Assembly: GCA_964443495.1 (NCBI GenBank)
Contig: CAYUCS010000002.1
Coordinates: forward strand, 23,740 to 87,739
DNA: 64,000 nucleotides
Reading direction: 5' to 3'
From: an uncultured Gammaproteobacteria bacterium
GTDB taxonomy: Bacteria; Patescibacteriota; Patescibacteriia; Patescibacteriales; GWE2-39-37
Notes under the pieces: generated by a model
The model's database searches: none
Told to the model about the DNA's origin: nothing
Seen by the model: the letters and a program-made list of their open reading frames with translations, nothing else
Part shown: piece after piece, positions 8,651 to 16,950 of the stretch
Numbering within the stretch: the stretch's first letter is position 1
Layout: each line of letters opens with the position of its first letter
Position numbers and translations under genes: made by a program

Positions 8651-9376
8651 CTACAGGATATCCGTAGACCTGATGACCTTGACTCCGCCTTCAGCAAAAG
8701 ACTTCCTGATGGCCTCCTGGCTGCCGTTGACATTGACTGGACGAGTCGTATCTTCGATGACGTAGGCTTCGAAGCCGAACTTGACGGCATCGAGTGCGCT
8801 CCAGCCGACACAGAAATCCTCGGCCAATCCGGTGAAGAAGCAGCGCTTGACACCTCTATCGTGCAGGACGGTGGCAAGCTCGGTAGCTTCACCGCCATTA
8901 TCGCGGAACGCACTATAGCTATCGGCTATGACGCTCTTGCCCTTATTGATGATGCAGACAAAGTCAGTCATCTCCAAATCCGGGTGCAGCCTGGCAGTCG
9001 GACTGTCAGCTAGGCCATGTTCAGGCCAGAGGCGCTGTTCGCCGACTACTGAAAGATACTGCAGCAGTTCATAGACATTGAACCCGGCCTTGCAGCTCAG
9101 ATATGAAGCGTTAGTCGCAATCCAGCTTTTGACATCAGCCTCTGTTACGACCGGGGTGTCAACGAAGACGTAAGAACTGTCAAACGACACGTGTCCCGCG
9201 GGGTGCCAGTCCAAACTGGCATAACTACGCATCCTGCCAAAAACTTCTATCAGCCTCTTGATTACTGGCACGATCAGGTGCCCGTTCTTGACTGCCAGCT
9301 CTCCGCACGGCATGAACGTCGGCTGGACATCGATCGCCAGCAAAGCGTCGCCGGCCACTATCTCTATCTTTTTCAT
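8651..9376 (-). CDS. pncA: nicotinamidase / pyrazinamidase (isochorismatase family)
   Basis: ALLAIDVQPTF (catalytic Asp region) and CFFTGLAEDFCVGWSALDA (catalytic Cys region) are present. A GAGGAGG SD precedes the start. Confidence 0.8.
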   Translation of the reverse strand: MKKIEIVAGDALLAIDVQPTFMPCGELAVKNGHLIVPVIKRLIEVFGRMRSYASLDWHPAGHVSFDSSYVFVDTPVVTEADVKSWIATNASYLSCKAGFNVYELLQYLSVVGEQRLWPEHGLADSPTARLHPDLEMTDFVCIINKGKSVIADSYSAFRDNGGEATELATVLHDRGVKRCFFTGLAEDFCVGWSALDAVKFGFEAYVIEDTTRPVNVNGSQEAIRKSFAEGGVKVIRSTDIL

Positions 9377-9400
9377 GTCATTTCCTCCTCTTGCAAGATA

Positions 9401-10492
9401 TTACAGGCAATAGCCTGCTTTTCTGACCATCTCGAGCTGCTGGAACGCCAGCCCCTGCGCTTTGACGAAATCCTCCGGATAAAAATCGACTTGCAGCAGT
9501 TCTCTCGACTCCTTGATGAGCGGCCGCAGTTCGCGCGGATGGACATCCAGGCGGAAGAGGAACGGCTGCGACGAGCCGCCTTGGTCGCCTGCCTTGCCCT
9601 TATCCGGGGTCGAGAAGATGCCGAGCGATTTCATCTCGCACAAGATATTCAGACCCTTGAGTATGGCGTGGGCCGGCTCCAGACTGCGGTTAAGCAGCTT
9701 GAATTCCAAGCCGGTCTCCCCGCTTAATTCTCTGAGCGTCGCATCAATCGGGCTTTCGAAACGCCAGATGCCTCCGCCTGGAATCGCCAAGCGGCTCGGA
9801 AAATTCCTTTTGTCCGGGCTGCGATAGCCGCACAGCAGCCAATTGGTGCCGCGATACCCTGTCGTTACGATCGCATCGACCGCTTGGCGACCAGGCACGA
9901 AACGCATTCCTTGATTGGCCAGTGCTTGCCTGATGCCGACGAAGCCGCCGACGTTGCCCATGAGCGCGACCGTACCCGGCGCGGCGATTTCCAAAAACAT
10001 CTTGTAATCGCCCCTGAGCACGGCGTTGCGCAGGTCAGTCGCACGGTAGCCATAGCGATACTCCTTGGGCAAATCGGTTTCGCAGTTGACCAGCTTCAGC
10101 CAGCTCGGAAGCATGCAGTGCTCTTTGAGGGGGCCGATGATGTCTTCCACGTTGCCGGTGCTGACCTGGTTGGCGCCATAGCGCTTGCAAAGCGTCAAAA
10201 TCTTGCCCCACCAGACCTGCCACAGGTTGTAATCCTGCAAGTGGACGATCTTGATGCGGCGCATATCGACGCCGGCCTGCATCAGGCTGTAAAGCAACAT
10301 CTTCTCGCGGTAAACCGCCAGTAACGGATGCCTCGGGGTACCGACTTCGTAGCAACTGCCGAGCACGATAACCACCCGGTCGTATTGGGCCAAAAGACCC
10401 AGAATTGCCAGGATGTGCCCCTTGTGTGGCGGGCTGAACCTACCGATAAATAAGATGGTTTCCAGTAAGCCCTGCTTCTTTCGTCTGACCAT
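9401..10492 (-). CDS. nadM: bifunctional NadM-type NMN adenylyltransferase / Nudix (ADP-ribose pyrophosphatase-like)
   Basis: The N-terminal GRFSPPHKGH matches the GRFQPxHxGH nucleotidyltransferase motif. The C-terminal Nudix box reads GGGIWRFESPIDATLRELSGETGL. I moved the start to the ATG at 10492, preceded by AAAGGAGG; the track uses a TTG at 10519. Confidence 0.8.
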   Translation of the reverse strand: MVRRKKQGLLETILFIGRFSPPHKGHILAILGLLAQYDRVVIVLGSCYEVGTPRHPLLAVYREKMLLYSLMQAGVDMRRIKIVHLQDYNLWQVWWGKILTLCKRYGANQVSTGNVEDIIGPLKEHCMLPSWLKLVNCETDLPKEYRYGYRATDLRNAVLRGDYKMFLEIAAPGTVALMGNVGGFVGIRQALANQGMRFVPGRQAVDAIVTTGYRGTNWLLCGYRSPDKRNFPSRLAIPGGGIWRFESPIDATLRELSGETGLEFKLLNRSLEPAHAILKGLNILCEMKSLGIFSTPDKGKAGDQGGSSQPFLFRLDVHPRELRPLIKESRELLQVDFYPEDFVKAQGLAFQQLEMVRKAGYCL

Positions 10493-10703
10493 GCTGGCCT
10501 CCTTTCGAATTTTAGCCAAAGTTAGGTAATTTTATAATCGAATTATTCACGATAAAAAGAACGCCTTTTTTATGCAAAAAGATTTCAAACCATAGCATTT
10601 TTAACCGTTTATGTCAATCATCGAATCAGCACCACCAATCTTCTATTTCTTGACTAATTTTTAATAAATTTACCCAATCCAGAATGCTTGTTTGCCCCTG
10701 ATT

Positions 10704-10722
10704 TATTGTAATTACTACACTA
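10704..10722. promoter_or_regulatory. candidate NrtR operator upstream of the nadM-pncA operon
   Basis: TATTGTAATTACTACACTA contains a GT-N7-AC core. By hand count it matches the palindrome at 11440-11458 at 13 of 19 positions. On the minus strand it overlaps a TACAAT -10-like hexamer. Confidence 0.4.
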
Positions 10723-10755
10723 ACTCTCATTAAAAAAATACGCCTCCCTTGCCTG

Positions 10756-11430
10756 CTACAAAATAGCTATATTTTTCAATTTCTTCTCGATGAATGCATA
10801 CAGTTCGGCCGGGCGATTCTTCTTGCCCAAGTCCAGCTTGCCGGTTTTCCTAAGCATGCCCAAAGACAAAACCTTCTTGCGGAAATTACGCTTGTCGAGA
10901 TGGCGGCCGAGTATTACTTCATAAGCGCCCTGGAGCTCGCTCAAGGTGAACGAATCAGGCAACAGGCTATAAACGATGTTGGTATATTCAAGCTTCCCTC
11001 TCAGGCGCTCGATGGCGGACTTGACCATGTCCTTGTGGTCATAGGCCAGCTTAGGCAACTCGCTCACGCCGAACCAACGGATCTGCCCATGCTCGGCCGA
11101 AGTCGCCAGCTTGAGGCCGTCGCCCGAAATCAAGGCGAAGTAAGCCACGGATACGACTCTGCCGAAAGGATCGCGCCCGACCTCGCCGAAAGTGTACAGC
11201 TGTTCGAGATAGACATCTTTCAAACCCGTCTTCTCGAACAAGACGCGCTCGGCGGCCTGGTCGACCGACTCCTTGCCCTGGATCAAACCACCCGGAGCAG
11301 CCCAGCAGTCGACGAACGGAGCCTTGTTCATCTTGATCAGAAGCACCTTCAATTCGTTCTCCTCGACGGTAAAGATGATGATGTCGGTAGCGATGACTGC
11401 GTGCTTGTAAATCTGGACCGGTTTTGCCAT
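10756..11430 (-). CDS. nrtR: NrtR-family regulator (Nudix-related transcriptional regulator of NAD metabolism)
   Basis: The N-terminal Nudix domain has a degenerate box (GGLIQGKESVDQAAERVLFEKTGL, with REUXEE reading RVLFEK). The C-terminal segment FTLSELQGAYEVILGRHLDKRNFRKKVLSLGML is typical of the NrtR winged helix. It sits directly upstream of NAD salvage genes. Confidence 0.75.
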   Translation of the reverse strand: MAKPVQIYKHAVIATDIIIFTVEENELKVLLIKMNKAPFVDCWAAPGGLIQGKESVDQAAERVLFEKTGLKDVYLEQLYTFGEVGRDPFGRVVSVAYFALISGDGLKLATSAEHGQIRWFGVSELPKLAYDHKDMVKSAIERLRGKLEYTNIVYSLLPDSFTLSELQGAYEVILGRHLDKRNFRKKVLSLGMLRKTGKLDLGKKNRPAELYAFIEKKLKNIAIL

Positions 11431-11439
11431 ATACTTGCT

Positions 11440-11458
11440 TAGTGTTTATATAACACTA
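11440..11458. promoter_or_regulatory. perfect palindrome, candidate NrtR autoregulatory operator
   Basis: TAGTGTT-TATAT-AACACTA is a 7-bp perfect inverted repeat containing GT-N7-AC. It abuts and overlaps the -10 hexamer of the nrtR promoter. Confidence 0.55.
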
Positions 11459-11486
11459 ATATACACCTCTGCCAGCCGGGTGTCAA
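11458..11486 (-). promoter_or_regulatory. sigma70-like promoter of nrtR
   Basis: On the minus strand it reads TTGACA (11486..11481), a 17-nt spacer, then TATATT (11463..11458). Confidence 0.6.
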
Positions 11487-11493
11487 GAGGTAC

Positions 11494-11518
11494 AAAAAAG
11501 CGCCCGCAGGCGCCTTTT
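11494..11518. terminator. bidirectional intrinsic terminator after ddl
   Basis: AAAAAAGCGCC-CGCA-GGCGCCTTTT is a hairpin flanked by an A-run and a T-run. Confidence 0.6.
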
Positions 11519-11532
11519 ATATAAAGGATATA

Positions 11533-12519
11533 TCAATAAGCCAACTCGATGATGCGTGACAGCAGCTCACCGTAGCTCATCCCCCGCTCCATCATCAGCA
11601 TAGGATACATGGAAAACCGGGTGAAGCCGGGCAAAGTGTTGATCTCATTGAAAAAGATGCTGCCTTGGCCGGAAATGAAAAAATCGAGGCGCGAAAAGCC
11701 GCGGCAATCGCAGAGCTGGTAGATTTTCTCTGCCAGACCGGTGATTTCCTGCTCCTGTTCGAGCGTCAGCTCGGCCGGGACCCTGGTCTCAGTCTGGCCG
11801 TTCTTGTACTTCTCGTCGTAATCGTAGAATTCCTTGGCCAGGACCAGCTCGCCGGGCCGTGAAACGACCAGACGGCCGTTGCCCAGGATGCCGACCTCGA
11901 CCTCACGCGGCTTGACCAGGCCTTCTTCTACCACTATCTTGCGGTCATGCTTGGCTGCCTCGGCTATCGCCCCATCAAGCTGATCTGCGGCATCGACTTT
12001 GGTTACGCCGACTGACGAACCGGAGTTGGCCGGCTTGACGAACAGCGGCAAGGTGAACTCTCCCTTGATCCTCGATTTTTCCGCTTCGATCTCATCAGCG
12101 CTCAAGACGTCCAGGTCGATGACCATGAAACGAACCTGAGGGATGTGGTGGCCGGCCAAAAAGCGCTTGCAGACGGCCTTGTCCATGCACAGCGCCGACG
12201 AAAGCACGCGGCAGCCGGCATACGGCAGGCCGTAGCGCTCGAAGATGCCTTGCAGGATACCATCCTCGCCGAAACGGCCATGCGTCATCGGCAGAGCGAT
12301 GTCGAAAGCGTTTTTGAACTCCTCTTCGTTCAAGCGTGCTCTGGGAGCTGCGATCTCTTCGAAATTTTCAACGTGGTAAAAGCGGCCGTCCGTGTGCCAA
12401 TAAACCAAGATCAATTCGTATTTCTCCTGGTCGATATTGGCCGCCACGTTCTTGGCTGAAACCACCGAGACTTCGGCCTCGTTGCCTAGGCCGCCGAAAA
12501 ACAAGCCGACTTTTTTCAT
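11533..12519 (-). CDS. ddl: D-alanine--D-alanine ligase
   Basis: The protein is 328 aa. It has the N-terminal FGGLGNEAEVSVVSA, ATP-grasp features (FVKPANSGSSVG) and the C-terminal EINTLPGFT. Confidence 0.9.
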   Translation of the reverse strand: MKKVGLFFGGLGNEAEVSVVSAKNVAANIDQEKYELILVYWHTDGRFYHVENFEEIAAPRARLNEEEFKNAFDIALPMTHGRFGEDGILQGIFERYGLPYAGCRVLSSALCMDKAVCKRFLAGHHIPQVRFMVIDLDVLSADEIEAEKSRIKGEFTLPLFVKPANSGSSVGVTKVDAADQLDGAIAEAAKHDRKIVVEEGLVKPREVEVGILGNGRLVVSRPGELVLAKEFYDYDEKYKNGQTETRVPAELTLEQEQEITGLAEKIYQLCDCRGFSRLDFFISGQGSIFFNEINTLPGFTRFSMYPMLMMERGMSYGELLSRIIELAY

Positions 12520-12562
12520 AGATTTTATCTAACTTTAAAAAAATTTGAGAGTGCTTGTTATA

Positions 12563-12591
12563 AATATATAAAAACCGAGGCCTGCCGTCAA
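12563..12591 (-). promoter_or_regulatory. sigma70-like promoter of ddl
   Basis: On the minus strand it reads TTGACG (12591..12586), a 17-nt spacer, then TATATT (12568..12563). Confidence 0.55.
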
Positions 12592-12652
12592 ATATTAATA
12601 TTTTATTTTTAGCTAATATTAAATAAAACATAATAATTGCTACTCAAAAGAC

Positions 12653-12681
12653 TTGACAACATTTAAATACTATGTTATATT
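12653..12681 (+). promoter_or_regulatory. orphan consensus promoter on the plus strand
   Basis: It reads TTGACA (12653..12658), a 17-nt spacer, then TATATT (12676..12681). No plus-strand CDS follows. Confidence 0.55.
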
Positions 12682-12687
12682 AAGTTG

Positions 12688-12830
12688 TTAGATAAAAAAT
12701 CTGACAAACAAAAAAGCCTCACCAAGAGGCACCAACCAAAAAACAAAAGAAAAAAACCAGAAAGGCCCCAACAAATGGAGCCACCAAACAAAACCCCAGG
12801 GACTAACGCAAGTTAGCCCCTTTTCCTTTT
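12688..12830 (+). ncRNA. candidate small RNA (~140 nt, A/C-rich) between the orphan promoter and a terminator
   Basis: The predicted transcript runs from the promoter above to the hairpin GGGACTAAC-GCAA-GTTAGCCCC plus T-run (12799..12830). The body is almost G/U-free and made of runs such as ACAAACAAAAAAG and AACCAAAAAACAAAAGAAAAAAACC. Only a 13-codon ORF without an SD is present. Confidence 0.3.
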
Positions 12831-12843
12831 CTGAAGCTATTTT

Positions 12844-13185
12844 TTAAGCTGCCAGGATGTCAGCGAGCTTGTCCTTGAGCTTATCTTCCAGCTCCGACGA
12901 GATGGCGATCGCTTTATCATAATTGCCTGACCGTGCCGCCCTTCTGGCAGCCACGAAGGCCTTGAAATCGTCTTTGGTAATAATGTCGCCGATGCCGTTA
13001 CGTTTGCCGACATTCTCTTTCCAAGCCTCATAATCATCATTCTCGAAAGAGGTAAGGATGGCCTCCTGCCTGGCTTGGGCCGGATTGTCGATTTCTGCCT
13101 GCTTGGCTGGCGCGGCGAAGGCGCCAGCGGTGAATAACAAAGTGAGAAAGGCGATGCTCATCGCCGCTTGCTTATATTTTTGCAT
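12844..13185 (-). CDS. small secreted hypothetical protein
   Basis: It has an N-terminal signal-peptide-like segment, MSIAFLTLLFTAGAFAAPA. I see no other motif. Confidence 0.55.
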   Translation of the reverse strand: MQKYKQAAMSIAFLTLLFTAGAFAAPAKQAEIDNPAQARQEAILTSFENDDYEAWKENVGKRNGIGDIITKDDFKAFVAARRAARSGNYDKAIAISSELEDKLKDKLADILAA

Positions 13186-13261
13186 ATCGTTCTTATTTTA
13201 TCCCTTATTTCGCGGGTACCTTACATGATACAACAAATCACGAAAAATATCACGGGGGGGG

Positions 13262-13486
13262 CTAAAAGCCGAAATAAATCGACAGCCCGAGCAGCCCGTG
13301 GAAGAACGCGGCGATGAGAGTGAGCACGGCGAACCGCTTGTGCCAGATCAAGGGGATGCGGGTGATGCCCCTGGCGTTGAAAAACGTGATGGAAGCGGTC
13401 GCTAAGAGCAGCACGAAACTGGCAAGGCCGCCATACATTATCAGCGGCTTGCCGAAAAGCAGCGTGTAGGCAACTTGGCTGAGCAT
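13262..13486 (-). CDS. small membrane protein (two predicted TM helices)
   Basis: Two hydrophobic stretches are present, and it lies 4 nt downstream of the cupredoxin gene. Confidence 0.5.
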   Translation of the reverse strand: MLSQVAYTLLFGKPLIMYGGLASFVLLLATASITFFNARGITRIPLIWHKRFAVLTLIAAFFHGLLGLSIYFGF

Positions 13487-13490
13487 AGGA

Positions 13491-14231
13491 TTATTTTACT
13501 ATGACGGTACCCGTCATGTATGGGTGGAGCGAGCATCGATAGCTGAACGTCCCGCGCTTCGTGAACTTGTACGTGTAGGTCTGCCCGGCGTAGCGCGTGC
13601 CAGAGCCGAAATCCGGCAACGAAGTGCCGATCTGCGCGATCTGGTGCACGGCTGGATCCTGATTGGTCCAGATGATCGAGTCGCCAAGATTGATGGTGAT
13701 GGTATTCGGGCTGAATTTGAAATTGTACGCCACGACATCATAATTTTTTGCCGATATGACTTCCTTCGGTTCGGGATACCTAGCATCGACCGCGATCTTG
13801 CCGAGGTTAGCGTTGCTGATGCCCAGGCCGAGTTCGCGCATGATCCTGAAGGCGTCGGCCGGACGGCCGAGATAATAACGCTTCAGAGTCGCCGGATTGA
13901 CATACCAGGCTTCGCCGTGGCCCTCCACTTGGATAAGGATGCGCCCAGCCAGCTTGCGGACATAGGTGATATTCTTCTGTTGCTGGCCGATGACAGGAAT
14001 CTTCTCCAGATTGGCATTGCTGATGCCCAGGCCGAGTTCGCGCATGATGTTGAACGCGTCGGCCGGACGTCCCAAGAATGCCCGCCTTCCGTTTTCCGGC
14101 AAGACATACCAGGCCTGGCCCTTGCTTTCGACTTGCAGCAAGATGCGCCCTTTGAGGTCGGTTGCGGCCGAAACCGGAGCGAATGGCAAGATAATCGCTG
14201 CCGCCACTAAGATGATGAGTGTTTTTTTCAT
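13491..14231 (-). CDS. secreted protein with two tandem ~63-aa repeats and a C-terminal cupredoxin (plastocyanin-like) domain
   Basis: It has a signal peptide. The segments GRILLQVESKGQAWYV...RPADAFNIMRELGLGISNANLEKIPV and GRILIQVEGHGEAWYV...RPADAFRIMRELGLGISNANLGKIAV form an internal duplication. The C-terminal H...CSLHPYMTG is a type-1 copper ligand pattern (H, C, H, M). Confidence 0.7.
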   Translation of the reverse strand: MKKTLIILVAAAIILPFAPVSAATDLKGRILLQVESKGQAWYVLPENGRRAFLGRPADAFNIMRELGLGISNANLEKIPVIGQQQKNITYVRKLAGRILIQVEGHGEAWYVNPATLKRYYLGRPADAFRIMRELGLGISNANLGKIAVDARYPEPKEVISAKNYDVVAYNFKFSPNTITINLGDSIIWTNQDPAVHQIAQIGTSLPDFGSGTRYAGQTYTYKFTKRGTFSYRCSLHPYMTGTVIVK

Positions 14232-14349
14232 ACGCTTTACGCTTAGAATATATGCTTAACTTAACGCTAAAATATTAAGCTTTCATTAAACGAGCGGCCC
14301 AATACGCGATAAATGCTCCCTTCCAGGAGCATTTATCTATGAGATTCGA

Positions 14350-15837
14350 TTATTCGGTTTTGTCGTTTTCCGGACGCATCAGCGGAAACAGCACTACGTC
14401 GCGGAGATTGTCCTGCTCAGTCAGCAAGGCGACGATGCGCTCGATGCCCATACCCCAACCGGACATCGGCGGCATGCCGTATTCCATGGCTTCGACATAA
14501 TCGTTGTCCTTGGCCATCGCCTCCTCGTCGCCGCCCTCCCTGAGCTGCTGCTGGCTATCGAAACGGGCGGCCTGGTCGATCGGATCGACCAATTCGCTGT
14601 AGGCATTGACGATTTCCCAGCCATTGACGACCAATTGGAAACGGTCGGTGATCATCGGATTGGCATCGTTGCGTCGAGCCAAAGGCGAGAGGTCGAGCGG
14701 ATGGTTGATGACGAATGTCGGGTTGACGATCTTGACGCGCGACACCTTCTTGTACAGGTTGTCGATCATATTGCCGCGGCCGAGCTTGTCGATATCGTCG
14801 AAGGTCAGGCCTTTTTTCTTGATCTCGGCGCGCAAGGCATCGGCGGTCGAGAATTCGTCTATATCGATGCCCGAATCGCGCTTGATCAGGTCGCGCATCG
14901 TGATCGTCTCCCAAGAGGGCGACAAATCGACGAGCTTCTTCTCGCCGTCGCGATTGACGATCTCCACCTCGAGCGTGCCCTTGAGCTTCTTGACTACCGT
15001 GGTCAGCATCTTCTCGGTGAAGCGCATATTATCCTTGTAATCCCAGTACGAGGCGTAGTGCTCGAGCAAGGTGAAATCCTGGAGATGGCTCGGATCCATG
15101 CCCTCGTTGCGGAACGAACGGGCCACTTCGAACACCTTGTCGAAGCCGCCGACGATCGCCTCTTTCAGGTATATTTCCGGCGCGATGCGCAGGAAGACGT
15201 CGGTATCCAGGGCGTTGTGATGGGTGATGAACGGCTTGGCCATGGCCCCGGAGGCCGCATTGCACAAGACCGGCGTATCGACCTCGACGAAACCGTTCTC
15301 GTTATAGAATTTGCGCAACTCCCAGATGAAATCGCTCCTGAACTTGAAGCGGTCCATGGTCTCCTGGTTGGAAATCAGGTCGAGATAGCGTTTGCGGTAT
15401 TTGGTCTCCTGATCCTTGATGCCGTGCCATTTCTCAGGCATCGGACGCAAAGCCTTGCTCAGGAAAGTATATTTAGTCACGAAGACCGAGATTTCGCCCT
15501 TTTGCGTCTTGCCGACTTCGCCTTCCAGGCCGACAAAATCGCCCATGTCGACGGTCTTCGAAAAAGCCTTGTAATCATCAGGCGCGATATCACCAGAACG
15601 CAGCACGAACTGGACCTTGCCGTAATAATCCTTGATGTGGCCGAAAGTGATCTTGCCCATGTCGCGCAGGAGCATCACCCGGCCGGCAACCGCCACCTTG
15701 GTGCCAAGTTCAAGACCGGCAGCCTCTAGGCAAGTATGGGTACGCTCGAACTTGTCGGCATAAGGTATGATGTCCTTGCTCTTGAGCAATTCCAGTTTTT
15801 TGACACGGTCTAACCGCTCGCGTTGCAGATCTTCCAT
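14350..15837 (-). CDS. lysS: lysine--tRNA ligase (class II)
   Basis: It has an N-terminal OB-fold region, the class II motifs FRNEG and GWGMGIERIV, and is 495 aa. Confidence 0.95.
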   Translation of the reverse strand: MEDLQRERLDRVKKLELLKSKDIIPYADKFERTHTCLEAAGLELGTKVAVAGRVMLLRDMGKITFGHIKDYYGKVQFVLRSGDIAPDDYKAFSKTVDMGDFVGLEGEVGKTQKGEISVFVTKYTFLSKALRPMPEKWHGIKDQETKYRKRYLDLISNQETMDRFKFRSDFIWELRKFYNENGFVEVDTPVLCNAASGAMAKPFITHHNALDTDVFLRIAPEIYLKEAIVGGFDKVFEVARSFRNEGMDPSHLQDFTLLEHYASYWDYKDNMRFTEKMLTTVVKKLKGTLEVEIVNRDGEKKLVDLSPSWETITMRDLIKRDSGIDIDEFSTADALRAEIKKKGLTFDDIDKLGRGNMIDNLYKKVSRVKIVNPTFVINHPLDLSPLARRNDANPMITDRFQLVVNGWEIVNAYSELVDPIDQAARFDSQQQLREGGDEEAMAKDNDYVEAMEYGMPPMSGWGMGIERIVALLTEQDNLRDVVLFPLMRPENDKTE

Positions 15838-15926
15838 AAATTTGATATAGTTTTGCCTTTATTATTCTTGTTTGGCTGTAATATTAGACAATATAGCTCG
15901 AAATTGCCAAAAAGTAAAGCCGGGAG

Positions 15927-15947
15927 CGTCGCTCCCGGCCCGTTGTC
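15927..15947 (-). terminator. intrinsic terminator after the CHRD-domain gene
   Basis: GCCGGGAGCG-TCG-CTCCCGGC is a hairpin. On the minus strand it is followed by TTTACTTTTT. Confidence 0.55.
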
Positions 15948-15961
15948 AGCCGATACTGCCA

Positions 15962-16867
15962 TTACGGTATGATCTGACCCCTGATTTCGCCATTCGGAAA
16001 ATTGGCCGAATGGACGTTCACGTAGGTCTGGCCGGACAGGATCTTATCTTCCAGTGCTTGATCGTAGGTCCAGGTTCCGGTCTTGCTGCTGCCAGACGGC
16101 AATGCGAACAAGATGGCTGCATTGGCTCCAGGGTTGGCCGGACCATGGATATGGGCTCCGGTTTCCTGGCTCGACAGGTTCATGACCTCGATATCGAACT
16201 TCAAAGTGTTGTTTTTGGTGTTCAAGACGAATTTGCCTGTGCCCCTGGCTGTGGATGTGGTTGCAGGCACCTCATTGCGGCCCAACAAGACCGTCCGGAA
16301 GCTGATTTCGCTGATACTGGAGGGCAAATCAGCCTGAGCGACCACTATCGTGCCGGGATTCGGGTTCGTGTCATTGGCGGATTCTTCCGTAACCATAACT
16401 TTGTCGTATGTGCCGAAATTCACCATCGTTTGGCGGAAGGCCAAATCGGCTTGCCTGTTGCCCAATAGGGTGAACATGCCAAGGCTTAATTTGTAGCCGG
16501 TTTCATTGTCAACCAGCCATCCTTCAAGCACGCGACCTGAAGCCACCGAAACATTGCTAAGCCTGAACCGAAGCGACACGTCCTGGCCGCGATCGGCTTT
16601 AAGCTGCGATTCGATGCGGACCCGGCCGACATCCTGCGTATTGGCGGAGTTCCTCAAGATGATGTCTTCGGAAAAATTCCGGCGCATCATCATGTCGCCG
16701 CGACGCTCCATCCGTTCTTTCATCAGATCGATCCGTTCACGGAGCAAGTCTCCTCGGCGGCCGCTGTCCCTGGAATCTGCAAAACTGGCGGTACCGTACA
16801 AAGCCAATGATAAGATCAAGGCTCCTGCCGTTAAATATATCGATTTTGAGCGTTTCATATTTCTCAC
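15962..16867 (-). CDS. secreted CHRD-domain protein
   Basis: It has a signal peptide. The C-terminal part, with AHIHGPANPGANA and VNVHSANFPNGEIRGQI, matches the CHRD domain pattern. Confidence 0.7.
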   Translation of the reverse strand: MRNMKRSKSIYLTAGALILSLALYGTASFADSRDSGRRGDLLRERIDLMKERMERRGDMMMRRNFSEDIILRNSANTQDVGRVRIESQLKADRGQDVSLRFRLSNVSVASGRVLEGWLVDNETGYKLSLGMFTLLGNRQADLAFRQTMVNFGTYDKVMVTEESANDTNPNPGTIVVAQADLPSSISEISFRTVLLGRNEVPATTSTARGTGKFVLNTKNNTLKFDIEVMNLSSQETGAHIHGPANPGANAAILFALPSGSSKTGTWTYDQALEDKILSGQTYVNVHSANFPNGEIRGQIIP

Positions 16868-16950
16868 CCCCCTTCATTCTGAATTTACCGCATGGGGTTA
16901 CTCTATTATATAAGATACAATGGCAAAGCTTCTTTGTTACCGGCCCGGAC

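Noticed and set aside
13253-13261. G8 homopolymer (and the C9 tract at 41846-41854) as phase-variation switches.
   Set aside because: Both are intergenic or in the decayed repeat copy, not within a coding region or a promoter spacer that I can define. There is no evidence of length variation from a single sequence.
14635-15729. Long plus-strand ORF (364 aa) antisense to lysS. Similar long antisense ORFs occur at 57190-58548 (452 aa, opposite aspS), 17739-18740 (opposite the helicase), 4593-5630, 36499-37371, 53855-54763 and 33254-33862.
   Set aside because: Each lies entirely opposite a gene with unmistakable family motifs. Their translations are low-complexity and rich in R/A/G/D/L, as expected for the reverse frame of GC3-rich genes. 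None has an SD. I treat them as shadow ORFs.
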